From positions 30,634 through 94,633 of the forward strand of contig CADCNH010000005.1 in NCBI GenBank assembly GCA_902802755.1: a stretch of 64,000 nt of DNA, written 5' to 3'. This document shows, piece after piece, positions 25,985 to 36,198 of the stretch (its first letter is position 1; each line of letters begins with the position of its first letter). Position numbers and translations under genes: made by a program. The DNA is from an uncultured Bacteroidota bacterium. GTDB lineage: Bacteria; Bacteroidota; Bacteroidia; Bacteroidales; WCHB1-69. The notes under the pieces are model-generated. The model was not told the origin of the DNA. It saw only the letters and a program-made list of their open reading frames with translations, and did no database searches.

Positions 25985-27301
25985 ATGAAGATTGCCTACC
26001 GCTATATTATCAGAAACTTTATTGGCCCTCTAATTCTTACATTTTTTGTGGCCATTTTCATCCTATTGATGCAATTTCTCTGGAAATATGTGGATGACTT
26101 GGTCGGTAAGGGTTTGGAAATCCATATTCTTTTGAAATTCATGTTCTATGCTGCCGGTTCACTCATGAATATGGCACTTCCTCTTGCTATATTGCTTGCC
26201 TCGCTAATGACTTTTGGCAATATGGGCGAGAGGCTTGAAGTGGTGGCCATGAAGTCCGCAGGAATTCCAATCAGCAAAATGATGGCACCACTGGCTATTA
26301 TCTCAGTTCTGCTGACTGTTTTCGCTTTCTGGTATGCCGATAAGGTGATTCCTGTGGCTAACCTGAAGCTGCGTGCTCTTATATATAGCGTGCAAGAGCA
26401 AAAACCAGCCCTCAATATTGAAAGTGGGGTATTTTATAATGGTTTTGAGGATGTAACTATACGTGTGGGACATAAAAATGCCGATAATGTTACCATAGAA
26501 GATGTGCTGCTGTACGATCATTCCCGTCACCAAGGTAATGTGACTATGACATACGCCAAGTCTGGTACCATGAAAATGACCGATGATGGCAAATATCTGC
26601 TGTTTGTGTTGAATGATGGCTATTTTTGGGATGAGAGTGTGAATTCGGAAAGCCGTACAGCATCCAGACCATTGAGCAGAGCCACTTTTAAGGAACAATA
26701 CAAACGCTTTGACTTGTCATCCTTTGAACTGAAAGAAAGCGACGAGGAGTTTTTCTCTTCTTCACAACAGGCAATGCCTTTGGCTATGTTAGCAGAGAAA
26801 ATTGATACGATGAAAGTACAGGTAGATCGTTCCAAAGCGGATATTTCGACGGGCTTTCTTAAAAACATGTATTATTTTTCGAATTTTGTGCAGGCAAAAG
26901 AAGAACTGGTACAGATGGTACCCAAAGACTCGTTGCCAGTGTTGACGGTCCAGCAAAAAGTTGATGCGTACAATTATACAAAAAACAACGTTGAGGGAAT
27001 ATTGAATACCACCAAGTTTGCCGCACAGGATGTTTATTACAGAAATTTGTCTCTCCGCTCTTATCAAGTGGAATACCACAATAAATTCACTTTTTCATTG
27101 GCCTGTCTGCTCTTTTTCTTTATTGGCGCCCCATTGGGCTCTATCATTAGAAAAGGTGGAATCGGCATCCCCTTGGTCATCACGGTAGCCTTTTTTACCT
27201 TCTATTTTATGCTCACCGCTTTTGGGAAAAATATGGCTACTACGGGTCAAATGTCAGCTTTTGGTGGTGTGTGGTTGTCAACCTTGGTGGCGGCTGTGTG
27301 A
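25985..27301 (+). CDS. LptF/LptG (YjgP/YjgQ) family LPS-export permease, apparently truncated within the last TM helix
   Basis: Three N-terminal TM helices, a large periplasmic domain and TM4-5 are present. The sequence ends ...[13 protein letters not shown] inside the expected TM6, where the foreign patch begins. Confidence 0.7.
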   Translation: MKIAYRYIIRNFIGPLILTFFVAIFILLMQFLWKYVDDLVGKGLEIHILLKFMFYAAGSLMNMALPLAILLASLMTFGNMGERLEVVAMKSAGIPISKMMAPLAIISVLLTVFAFWYADKVIPVANLKLRALIYSVQEQKPALNIESGVFYNGFEDVTIRVGHKNADNVTIEDVLLYDHSRHQGNVTMTYAKSGTMKMTDDGKYLLFVLNDGYFWDESVNSESRTASRPLSRATFKEQYKRFDLSSFELKESDEEFFSSSQQAMPLAMLAEKIDTMKVQVDRSKADISTGFLKNMYYFSNFVQAKEELVQMVPKDSLPVLTVQQKVDAYNYTKNNVEGILNTTKFAAQDVYYRNLSLRSYQVEYHNKFTFSLACLLFFFIGAPLGSIIRKGGIGIPLVITVAFFTFYFMLTAFGKNMATTGQMSAFGGVWLSTLVAAV

Positions 27302-28551
27302 GCGACCTAGGTGGCTATGTGGCATCGTGCTTCAAGCGTGGCTTGCGATGCATCAATATCCCAACCACTTTGTTATCAATGGTTGATGCTGCTATCGGCG
27401 GTGTTTCTGCAAGGGACAGCGGCCGGATCACCATCAACGGCGGCGATATCTCCGTAACAACGGTTTCTGCAGATAGCGCAGCCATCGGCGGCGGTAAAAA
27501 CGGCAAGGGCCTGGTCACCATCAACGACGGTACTGTTACCGTAAATAAAAACTGTAATGGTGACAGTATTTGGGATGCGCTGGCTTCTTTCTTGAAGGGA
27601 CAGTCATATCATGTGTATCGTTTCTATACGAAGGAAATGGTTCAGCGCTTGACGAAGGTGTTGCAAGAAAATGATTTCGATATCATTCAGCTGGAATCCA
27701 TTTTCGTGGCTCCCTATATTAACATCATACGCAAGTATTCCAAGGCGAAAATTGTTTTGCGTTTACACAATGTCGAACATATTATATGGGAGCGTATCGC
27801 CCGAAATCATGTCTCCTGGATCAAGAAGTTCGTTCTCAAACAGATGAACCGTCAGCTGAAACGTTACGAATGTTCGTTGATGAATAAGGTGGATGGTTTT
27901 ATGACCATCTCCGATGTGGATTATGATTTCTTCCATGCTTTGGCACCGAATACGCCAGGTACCGTGATTCCTTTTGCGGTGGATTTGGATAATTATGAAA
28001 TTGAAGATGAATATATTCCATCGGATCAGCCGGAATTGTTCCATTTGGGCAGCATGAACTGGATGCCGAATGTGGAAGGTCTGGAATGGTTCTTGGAAGA
28101 TGTTTTTCCCGCCATACTTGAAAAGTTTCCCTTGCTAACTTTTACGATGGCAGGCCGTAGTATTCCTGAATCGCTGCAACGTTTTGCCTCCGACCATGTG
28201 ATCATCGCAGGCGAAGTGGATAGTGCCAACGAATTTATGCTTTCTAAGGATATTATGATTGTTCCCCTTCTCTCTGGCAGTGGTATCAGAATCAAGATCA
28301 TCGAGGGTATGGCATTGGGTAAAACCATTATTACCACCAGTATTGGAGCAGAGGGACTGAATGTGGAGAATGGTAAGCATATTTTTATCGCGGACACGGC
28401 AGAAGAATTCATTGCGGTAATTGAAAAGTGTATCAAGACCCCGGATATTTGTACTATAATCGGAGAAAATGCCCGCCATTATGTGGCTTTGAATCATAAT
28501 ATTGAAGTTGTAACCCAGGAATTGGTAGATTTTTATCATGAAATATCTTAA
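27271..28551 (+). CDS. chimeric ORF: foreign 5' ~95 codons fused in frame to a family-4/1 (GT-B) glycosyltransferase lacking its own N-terminus
   Basis: GT homology begins near codon 98 ([13 protein letters not shown]..., [31 protein letters not shown]). The ORF has a GTG start and overlaps the lptF/G end. Confidence 0.6.
   Translation: MVVNLGGGCVSDLGGYVASCFKRGLRCINIPTTLLSMVDAAIGGVSARDSGRITINGGDISVTTVSADSAAIGGGKNGKGLVTINDGTVTVNKNCNGDSIWDALASFLKGQSYHVYRFYTKEMVQRLTKVLQENDFDIIQLESIFVAPYINIIRKYSKAKIVLRLHNVEHIIWERIARNHVSWIKKFVLKQMNRQLKRYECSLMNKVDGFMTISDVDYDFFHALAPNTPGTVIPFAVDLDNYEIEDEYIPSDQPELFHLGSMNWMPNVEGLEWFLEDVFPAILEKFPLLTFTMAGRSIPESLQRFASDHVIIAGEVDSANEFMLSKDIMIVPLLSGSGIRIKIIEGMALGKTIITTSIGAEGLNVENGKHIFIADTAEEFIAVIEKCIKTPDICTIIGENARHYVALNHNIEVVTQELVDFYHEIS
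27280..27552 (+). other. GC-rich mosaic patch: 3-dehydroquinate-synthase (AroB) fragment + Gly-rich ITINGG/AAIGGG repeat fragment
   Basis: [42 protein letters not shown] aligns to the AroB nucleotide-binding core (E. coli [41 protein letters not shown]). It is followed by [42 protein letters not shown]. My hand count gives 53-58% G+C versus ~42% in the next 120 nt. Confidence 0.7.
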
Positions 28552-30430
28552 TGACATCAACTCTCCAGCCGATATTAAGAAATTGAGTGTTTCGGAACTA
28601 CCTGCTTTGTGCGAAGAAATTCGTGAGTATATCATTTCCGAAACGGCTTCCAATCCGGGACATCTGGGCTCCAGCTTGGGAGTGGTGGAGTTGGCAGTGG
28701 CAATCCATTATGTATTTGATACACCGAATGATAAGCTGGTATGGGATGTGGGTCATCAGGCATACGCCCATAAGATTATCACGGGTCGTCGTGAAAAATT
28801 TCATACCAATCGTAAATATCATGGAATCAGTGGCTTCCCTGTGATGAAAGAGAGCGAATATGATGCTTTCGGTACGGGACATGCTTCTACCTCTATCTCT
28901 GCAATTCTGGGTATGGCTCAAGCCGCCCAACTGTCGGGTGATTCAGATAGAAATCATATTGCAGTGATTGGTGATGCCTCTATAGGTGGCGGTATGGCAT
29001 TTGAGGCTATCAATGAGGCGGGTATCCGAAATGTGAATATGCTGGTGATTCTGAATGATAACAAGATGGCGATTGATGATAACCGTAGTGCCATGAGCAA
29101 ATATTTGCTGCATATCACTTCGTCGCCAAGCTATAATAATTTTAAGACCAAAGTCTGGAATTTTTTCACATCGAAGAAAAAATTCACCAATCGTATCGCA
29201 CAGTGGATCAGCAATGTGGGTAATGGTATCAAAGGCTTTCTGTTGAGTGGAAGCAACTTGTTCCAGAGCTTGGGTTTTCGCTATTTCGGACCTGCTAATG
29301 GACACGATGTGAAGGCCTTGGTGAAAACTTTACGCGATTTGAAATCCATTCCAGGACCTAAATTGCTGCATGTTATCACCGTAAAAGGGAAGGGACTGAA
29401 ATTGGCGGAGGAACATCAAACTACTTATCATGCTCCGGGCAAGTTTGACCCTGAGACTGGACAGTTGCTGAAAAGCGATAATGGACAGCAACCACCTAAA
29501 TATCAGGATGTTTTCGGGGAGACAATATTAGAATTTGCCCGCCAAGATGAAAAAATTGTGGGTATTACTCCAGCCATGGCAACGGGTTGCTCACTGACCA
29601 TCATGGATGCGGTATTTCCGGATAGGGTGTTCGATGTGGGTATTGCCGAGCAACATGCCGTGACTTTTTCGGCAGGTTTGGCCGTCGGTGGCATGATACC
29701 GTTCTGCAATGTCTATTCTACTTTCTTGCAACGATCCTACGACCAAATAGTGCATGATGTGGCTTTGCAGAAATTGCCGGTCATTTTCTGCATCGACCGC
29801 GGCGGTGTGGTAGGAGAGGATGGCGCCACTCATCAGGGCATTTTTGACCTGGCATTTCTGCGCTCCATCCCGAATATGATTATAGCTTCGCCACTTAATG
29901 AACACGAGCTTCGCAATATGATGTACACGGCATGGCGAAATGCCGCCGAAAAAGGGCTTCCGTTTGCCGTTCGCTACCCAAGGGGAAGAGGAGTGCTTGT
30001 GGACTGGAAAAACACGCCAGAAGAGCTGAAAATAGGCAAAGGGAGTGTTTTGTGTGAGGGAGACGAGGTGGCAGTTCTTTCTTTGGGTCCTTTGGGCAAT
30101 AATGTGACAAAAGCGATAGAATTGTTGAAAGCAGAGCAGATTCATCCAACACATGTGGATATGCGCTTCCTAAAGCCTTTGGATGAGGACTTGCTGGCCG
30201 ATATCGCTGCCCGACATAAAGTGCTGATTACAGTTGAGGACGGTGTGGCCAAAGGCGGCTTGTTCTCTGCAGTCTCGGAGTACCTGAGTGAGCATCAGTT
30301 GGAAAATCGCTTGTATCATATCGCTATTGATGACCATTTTGTGCCTCATGGCGATATTCCTTCTCTGTATAAGGAGTTGGGCTTTGATGCCGAAAGTATT
30401 GCCGAACTTATTAGAAAAATTGTCCGATAG
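28538..30430 (+). CDS. dxs: 1-deoxy-D-xylulose-5-phosphate synthase
   Basis: [28 protein letters not shown] (TPP motif); 630 aa. Confidence 0.9.
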   Translation: MKYLNDINSPADIKKLSVSELPALCEEIREYIISETASNPGHLGSSLGVVELAVAIHYVFDTPNDKLVWDVGHQAYAHKIITGRREKFHTNRKYHGISGFPVMKESEYDAFGTGHASTSISAILGMAQAAQLSGDSDRNHIAVIGDASIGGGMAFEAINEAGIRNVNMLVILNDNKMAIDDNRSAMSKYLLHITSSPSYNNFKTKVWNFFTSKKKFTNRIAQWISNVGNGIKGFLLSGSNLFQSLGFRYFGPANGHDVKALVKTLRDLKSIPGPKLLHVITVKGKGLKLAEEHQTTYHAPGKFDPETGQLLKSDNGQQPPKYQDVFGETILEFARQDEKIVGITPAMATGCSLTIMDAVFPDRVFDVGIAEQHAVTFSAGLAVGGMIPFCNVYSTFLQRSYDQIVHDVALQKLPVIFCIDRGGVVGEDGATHQGIFDLAFLRSIPNMIIASPLNEHELRNMMYTAWRNAAEKGLPFAVRYPRGRGVLVDWKNTPEELKIGKGSVLCEGDEVAVLSLGPLGNNVTKAIELLKAEQIHPTHVDMRFLKPLDEDLLADIAARHKVLITVEDGVAKGGLFSAVSEYLSEHQLENRLYHIAIDDHFVPHGDIPSLYKELGFDAESIAELIRKIVR

Positions 30431-30436
30431 TCGGTT

Positions 30437-31876
30437 ATGATTCAGGTGAAAACATCCATACACGACCGCTTTTCTGTGGAGTTCAAGATTAACTTCTCAG
30501 GCAAGGAACAACAGCATCGTCTGTTCAAGATGAATTCATGGTTGTTTGTGCCCAGTAGTCTTGATATCAACGCTTCCACTTATTCCAAGGAGCAGTTTTA
30601 CCAGGATGTGAAGTCGAATGTACGTCTGAAAACGCCTCAGTTTACCTTGCAACAACTTGCTGATGCGGAAGTATTGACGGTGCGGAATCTCAGTGCCGCA
30701 GTGCAAAAGTATGTGGAAACTCCGACCTCCGCTTGTCTTCAAGATTTGGAATTTCACATCAAGATGTATGTGGCCATTTATAAGAGTGCGTTGCGTGATG
30801 AAACCAGGGCTTTGCAGACTTTGAAGGAGTCAGCTTTCAATTCTGAAGCTTGGAAGTCCCATTTGACATCTATGCGTAGAGTGGTGAGGCACTATAGGGA
30901 AGTCATGCGGAACAATTCTGAAAATTCATCGGATATCGCATCGATTTTCCAATATGGCGATGAGTATTTGAGTCACCTTACCGAACTGCATGCCGTGCGC
31001 TTGATGCGTTCTTCCACTGCCATTTCCGCTACGGGAATTGAGGATGTCCGCAAGGAGATAAAGTCTTTGATTGTGGAAGAGCATCAGTATAAAATCGATC
31101 AGGGATATGCTCATTTTTCCTTAAGCAGTGTGGCGGAAAATCGTGATATGTTTCTGCATCAGAACTTGTTGAAGAAATATATCGAAAGTGCATTATATCT
31201 GAAATCGGATTCCCAGCCGGATGGCACAGCGGCAAAGGAAATCACTTTGAGTTTTGCTGCGGGACTGGCCATGTTGGTGTCCATGTTGATAGCGTTGCCT
31301 TTCCAAAAATACCTTGGACAGTATCCGATACTTATTTTTGTGATTTTGGTGGTGGCATATATGTTCAAGGACCGTATCAAGGAATATGCGCGCAACCATT
31401 TTGCCCACCGCTTGAAATCACGTTTTTTTGACTTGAAAAACAAAGTTTATTTTCGAGGGAAAGAAGTGGTGCATATCAAGGAAGGAATGGATTTTATCGA
31501 TGATTCGAAGACTCCTGACGAGGTTCGACAGTCGCGTAAACGTTCCGATTTGGAACACCGTATTCCGTTGGAACAGATTATTTTATACCGCAAGCAGGTG
31601 GAAATTGACAACGATTTGTTAGGTCAGCAGTATGAATACCGTTACGATGGAATCAATGATATTACTCGTATTCATTTGCAGCATTTCACAGCCAAAATGG
31701 ATGATCCTGAGACAAATGTGGCTATGCTGGATGGGAATGAGGTGCAGACCATGAGCGTTCCCCGTGTGTACAACTTGCATATCGTCCTGCAATGTGTGGC
31801 GGGAGATATGATGGAATATCACTGTTTCAGGCTGATGATGTGCCGGGACGGCATTCTGGAATGTGTGGAAATCTAA
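30437..31876 (+). CDS. hypothetical membrane protein (central TM hairpin), unknown function
   Basis: Starts 6 nt after the dxs stop. Two adjacent hydrophobic helices lie at about aa 270-310. No family recognised. Confidence 0.5.
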   Translation: MIQVKTSIHDRFSVEFKINFSGKEQQHRLFKMNSWLFVPSSLDINASTYSKEQFYQDVKSNVRLKTPQFTLQQLADAEVLTVRNLSAAVQKYVETPTSACLQDLEFHIKMYVAIYKSALRDETRALQTLKESAFNSEAWKSHLTSMRRVVRHYREVMRNNSENSSDIASIFQYGDEYLSHLTELHAVRLMRSSTAISATGIEDVRKEIKSLIVEEHQYKIDQGYAHFSLSSVAENRDMFLHQNLLKKYIESALYLKSDSQPDGTAAKEITLSFAAGLAMLVSMLIALPFQKYLGQYPILIFVILVVAYMFKDRIKEYARNHFAHRLKSRFFDLKNKVYFRGKEVVHIKEGMDFIDDSKTPDEVRQSRKRSDLEHRIPLEQIILYRKQVEIDNDLLGQQYEYRYDGINDITRIHLQHFTAKMDDPETNVAMLDGNEVQTMSVPRVYNLHIVLQCVAGDMMEYHCFRLMMCRDGILECVEI

Positions 31877-31909
31877 CAGCTACGTGTAGATTTAACCGCG
31901 CTGGTTTTG

Positions 31910-31982
31910 TGGAGCATAGCGGACTCGAACCGCCTACCTTTTCGATGCGAACGAAACGCTCTACCAGATGAGCTAATGCCCC
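31910..31982 (-). tRNA. tRNA-Ala (anticodon CGC)
   Basis: The reverse complement folds as GGGGCAT...ATGCTCC with the G3:U70 Ala identity pair. Anticodon loop TTCGCAT. 73 nt. Confidence 0.9.
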
Positions 31983-32005
31983 GCTTTCATTTCTCAAAAT
32001 GAATT

Positions 32006-32030
32006 TGCAAAAATACGCAATTTTCCCGAA
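32006..32030 (-). promoter_or_regulatory. promoter module TTCGGGAA-N7-TATTTTTGCA upstream of tRNA-Ala
   Basis: The reverse complement reads CTTCGGGAAAATTGCGTATTTTTGCAAA. The -7 box ends 25 nt upstream of the tRNA 5' end. Confidence 0.6.
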
Positions 32031-32044
32031 GATTATGCTATACC

Positions 32045-32941
32045 TTAAATTTTTCCTGAGGACTGATTTTGTCCTGTCTTGATAAATATCCTTGGTTTTG
32101 GCTCATTGTTGTCGGCACATTTGGGGTGAGACGGCTTGTCATTACTTCCTTCTGTCATTTCCAACATTTCTATATTGCCTGGGTGGTATCGGAATCTCAC
32201 TACGGTGACTGGAGTGGTAAATTCTCCCTCTTCGCAACCACTGATGGCAATAGTATATTCGGTATTGTCTTCCATATTATCCTCCATGTCGAAGTACCAG
32301 ATGCTTTGGTCTTGTTTGTAAAACATATCCAAGAATCCGTATTCCAGATACATCTCCACCACTCTATACAAGTAATATGGGGCAGAACCGTAGATGTCGT
32401 TTATCATTTCAGATTCTTCGTAATCCCATACGTAAGTGAGATTTTCATCGGAAGGTGTGATACGTAGTATGTCACCGTCGAAATTAACATCAAAGTGCAG
32501 GTCTCGATCCGGCACTGGTTTGGTATGAAAATCACATACAACTGGTTCCCCGATAAGTTCGTATTTCTTAGGATTTATTTGGAATGCGATAAACTTGTAA
32601 TCTTTGTCGTCTTCCAGTAGTCTCACATTAAATTGTCTGCTGCCACGGTAACAAAAGATGTCCGTGAAAGAGCCGGTTTCGTAATGAGGTAGTTCATTCA
32701 CCATTTCCTGAATCTTATCGTTGCAGATTACGGTTGCGGAGGAATTGAAGTTTGGGTCATCTTGTTTCAAAATCACGTAGGAATAATAAGCGCGTGAACT
32801 TGCTGTGGCTACAGTGAAACGCGCGCGGCTGCCAGTCACCGATTCTACCTGTACTTTTATCTCTGTAGGACGGATTTCCTCCTTGTTACAACTGGCAAGC
32901 AGTACCAGGCTCAGGATAATAAATATATACAGTCGTTTCAT
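32045..32941 (-). CDS. lipoprotein, unknown function
   Basis: Lipobox LLASC. Confidence 0.55.
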   Translation of the reverse strand: MKRLYIFIILSLVLLASCNKEEIRPTEIKVQVESVTGSRARFTVATASSRAYYSYVILKQDDPNFNSSATVICNDKIQEMVNELPHYETGSFTDIFCYRGSRQFNVRLLEDDKDYKFIAFQINPKKYELIGEPVVCDFHTKPVPDRDLHFDVNFDGDILRITPSDENLTYVWDYEESEMINDIYGSAPYYLYRVVEMYLEYGFLDMFYKQDQSIWYFDMEDNMEDNTEYTIAISGCEEGEFTTPVTVVRFRYHPGNIEMLEMTEGSNDKPSHPKCADNNEPKPRIFIKTGQNQSSGKI

Positions 32942-32967
32942 GAGTATTAACTCCTTATTTTTGGGGA

Positions 32968-34176
32968 TTATAATTTTTTATATACTTTGAGAATGAATTT
33001 TACTGCTCCGGCTTGGTGGTTGCCGTAGTGGTCGAAGTCATACGTGACATCTTTCCCCTTGAAATATTCCTCAGCTTTGGTGGCGTTGACAAAAGGCACT
33101 GTGTTATCGTCCATGCTGTGGAAGATATAGACGGGTGAGCGAGGCGTAAAGAAAAGTATGGAATTGAACATCAATGCCCGATAGAGTTGTGCGGTCTGCG
33201 GGTTATTCTTGTCACGTCCCACTTCAGTCATCAGGTCACTTACTTTCTTGGCATTCAGCAAACTGTTGATTTCACCCACAGAGTATCTCTTTGAGTTGAC
33301 CCACTCGTCAAGATGTTCCATCAGTATCGGTTTGAAGAAATCACCAAGATTCAAGTCCAAATCATCGCCTTCATTGACACCCTGAACAATCATCGGTATG
33401 GCACATGGAATGCCGGTCTTGTCTTCCAGAATTGCCACATCAAAAGTGGCTGCCATATCGTATGGACCGCCACCGGCATATACCATCTTGATGGGCATCT
33501 CGTTTCTGTATTCATCTTGCAGGAGATTCATCACTCCCAAGGTTGTTGAGCCTCCTTGCGAATAGCCGACCAGAATCACCTCATCGCTTTCGGGTTTCCG
33601 GTCTATGGCGTTCAGGTAAGGTTTCACCGCCAAGGCCATGTCCACCACGCTCCGGGCAGTGCTTTCCATGTGCATGTAGGGATGGATGTGGTTCGCTGTG
33701 ACACCGTAGCCGATGTAGTCGGCCATCACCACGGCATAACCTTTCGATGCCAGAATACCTTCCAATTGGAAGCTCTCCGACGGGCATTCGCGGTTGGCCC
33801 CGATGGTCCAGTGGCTTACTATCACCATGTTTTTAATTTTGCCTTTAGCAGGAAGCAGTACCTTGCCAGACAACGTAAGGGGTGATCCGTCGATATCGTG
33901 GCCGGTATAAGTACCAGCAACCTGTATTATTTTGTTGCTCTTCATTGTTTCCAGCAGGTTCTCCACCAAGTCAGCTACAGAGGTACTGGCCACTTTGGCT
34001 TCGTCCTCGCCTAACTCCATGGTGCGAATTTCGGGGTTCAGTGCCCCGTCAATGATCACTTCACTATTCTTCACGCTCGTCACGTGAAAAGTGTCGAAAT
34101 CCACTATGTCAATTTTCGGTTTTTGGCAGGCTGCCAAAAATATTGCTGCAAGGCTGAAAAAAATCCACTTTTTCAT
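32968..34176 (-). CDS. alpha/beta-hydrolase lipoprotein (lipase/esterase-like)
   Basis: Lipobox LAAC. Nucleophile elbow GYSQGG (GxSxG). Confidence 0.65.
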   Translation of the reverse strand: MKKWIFFSLAAIFLAACQKPKIDIVDFDTFHVTSVKNSEVIIDGALNPEIRTMELGEDEAKVASTSVADLVENLLETMKSNKIIQVAGTYTGHDIDGSPLTLSGKVLLPAKGKIKNMVIVSHWTIGANRECPSESFQLEGILASKGYAVVMADYIGYGVTANHIHPYMHMESTARSVVDMALAVKPYLNAIDRKPESDEVILVGYSQGGSTTLGVMNLLQDEYRNEMPIKMVYAGGGPYDMAATFDVAILEDKTGIPCAIPMIVQGVNEGDDLDLNLGDFFKPILMEHLDEWVNSKRYSVGEINSLLNAKKVSDLMTEVGRDKNNPQTAQLYRALMFNSILFFTPRSPVYIFHSMDDNTVPFVNATKAEEYFKGKDVTYDFDHYGNHQAGAVKFILKVYKKL

Positions 34177-34179
34177 TTT

Positions 34180-34842
34180 TTACCATTTATAATAGACACT
34201 GACTGAAAAAATGCGTGAAAAAACTTGATATATAGCACGCGGGCTGGCAATGGCGTTGAGGCCGCCTAATTCGAAGGAGCCGCCCCATGAACCTTTGCCC
34301 ACCTCGAGACCGACAAAGTTCAGGTTGAGGGCCGGAGCCGCACCGAAACCGCCATGGTTGTCGAAGGCCATGAGTCCGCCGATTCCCAAACCCGAATACA
34401 TTCTTACCCACTCCCTATCCAGATAGGTGAAGCGTAGCGTGAATAACAGCGTCAGATCCCAATTTCTGACGTTTGTCGTTGGTGATACCTGGTTGTGGTA
34501 TTTGTCGAATTTGCCCTCTTTCCAGAAGATACCTTCTATGTCGGCTTGTGCCCCAAGACTTACCACCTTAGTCACCCGGTACTGGTATTCAGCGAAGATA
34601 TGTCCAGTATATCTATATTTGAAGGTTTCATTGTGCAAATAGTTGTCTGGCAGTGCGTCGGGCTTAGCCCACGTGCCACTCAGTTTCGGGCGGAAGGCCA
34701 TCGTCTCGAAGAGCATGTCTCCCCAGCCGATTCTCACACTGTGCCGTTTGTCCAAAGCGGTCTTTTCATTCTGACAAAAGGCTGTGGACAAGCCGACAAT
34801 TGTCAGGAGCAAGGTCATTGCTATGGCTGATATTTTTCTCAT
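34180..34842 (-). CDS. small outer-membrane beta-barrel protein
   Basis: Signal peptide, alternating strands, C-terminal ...SVYYKW. Confidence 0.55.
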   Translation of the reverse strand: MRKISAIAMTLLLTIVGLSTAFCQNEKTALDKRHSVRIGWGDMLFETMAFRPKLSGTWAKPDALPDNYLHNETFKYRYTGHIFAEYQYRVTKVVSLGAQADIEGIFWKEGKFDKYHNQVSPTTNVRNWDLTLLFTLRFTYLDREWVRMYSGLGIGGLMAFDNHGGFGAAPALNLNFVGLEVGKGSWGGSFELGGLNAIASPRAIYQVFSRIFSVSVYYKW

Positions 34843-34850
34843 TGTATTTA

Positions 34851-35660
34851 TTATTTCATTTTTCCTAAACGCATACCGATTTTAAAGTAGCCCAGATGCA
34901 TGGCATTGCCGCCGCCAAGGGGAATGCAGTCGTAGCCGAAACCTGCTTCTAATCGCTTGTATTCAACACCAAACAGGATTTTTACACGAGTGGCAAGCCC
35001 ATCATAACTCATTCTTTTATTGTGAGATACTATGCTTTCTTCTTCTTGAGTATGGTAATAGGCAGAGGAGAATATGTTGTTAAGACCGACGGAAAAGTCA
35101 AAGAAGGGGTAAAGTCCATTATTAATGGGATAATAGGCTCTGAAATTAAACATGAGGGGAACGCTGATCACGCATCCTTGTACGCCTGTTAAAATGTATG
35201 AGGTGAACAAGGCGTCAATGCCTGCGTTGAATCCCACAAAGGCGTAGTCGTAGAATCTCACACCTATGGTACCTGAAAATCCCGGGCCGACAGCCGTTGC
35301 GGTAAATGGAACCCCAAGCTCAAGATATCCGTTAAGCAGAATGTTGTGGATGTTTTTGCCTTTCAATGAGACGGCTGTGTTTTCTTCCTGACTTCCGAGC
35401 ATTCTGCTGTTGAAGACATCTTTGCTGCCATCCTTGTAGCGGATGAAAAAGACATCTTTTTTGAGTATCTGGTAGTCTGGCCCATTTTGCGATTCCCATC
35501 GTTTATAGGTGATTTCGTTGGTCCCCACAGTGATGACTTTGGCTTGGATTTCAGAAGCGTCCACCAGCACAATAACATCTTGGGCTTTTGCACCGGTGGC
35601 AAGCATTAAAATGCATACCATAAGTATAGCCATTGTTTTTATTAGTATAAGGTTTCTCAT
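34851..35660 (-). CDS. outer-membrane beta-barrel protein with small N-terminal soluble domain
   Basis: Signal peptide, Gly/aromatic-rich strands. A TAttTTTG box lies on the minus strand at about 35712-35719. Confidence 0.55.
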   Translation of the reverse strand: MRNLILIKTMAILMVCILMLATGAKAQDVIVLVDASEIQAKVITVGTNEITYKRWESQNGPDYQILKKDVFFIRYKDGSKDVFNSRMLGSQEENTAVSLKGKNIHNILLNGYLELGVPFTATAVGPGFSGTIGVRFYDYAFVGFNAGIDALFTSYILTGVQGCVISVPLMFNFRAYYPINNGLYPFFDFSVGLNNIFSSAYYHTQEEESIVSHNKRMSYDGLATRVKILFGVEYKRLEAGFGYDCIPLGGGNAMHLGYFKIGMRLGKMK

Positions 35661-35681
35661 ATATTTTGTTTATTTTTAATA

Positions 35682-36173
35682 TTGTGGTCTGGATTTCGAC
35701 GACAAAAATACAAATTTTTCACCATATTATGGCTTATGGTCGCATTTTTGAATAACTTGCAAAGATTTCTCTTGGAGCTGGGTCGAGGTTTCTGTTTTGA
35801 GTATCGTCAGAAACGCATCCTTATTGATCAAGACTACTATAAGGCCGACCTAATTTTTTACCATCGCATCCTGAAGTGCCATGTCATTATTGATTTGAAA
35901 ATTGACCGCTTTCGCCATGAGTATGCCTCGCAGCTGAACCTCTATATGAACTACTACAAGCATGAGGTGATGCAGGAGGACGACAACCCACCCATTGGTT
36001 TATTGCTGTGTACAGACTATGGTGAGACTACAGTGCAGTATGCTATAGAGGGACTCTCGCAAAATCTATTCGTTAGCAAGTATGGACTGCAGTTACCTTC
36101 CGAGGAAGATCTTCGCAAAAATATGTTGAAAGATATCACAGAAGAAGATTTCAAAAAAATGAAGGAGGAGTAG
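35682..36173 (+). pseudogene. 5'-truncated YhcG/DUF1016-type PDDEXK nuclease (only the C-terminal nuclease domain remains)
   Basis: LQRFLLELGRGFCFEYRQKRILIDQDYYKADLIFYHRILKCHVIIDLK carries the PD-(D/E)xK core. The ~150-200 aa N-terminal domain of full-length members is absent. The first ~20 listed codons overlap the neighbour's promoter. Confidence 0.65.
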
Positions 36174-36198
36174 TTATACTTAAGCTAACGGCAATTAT

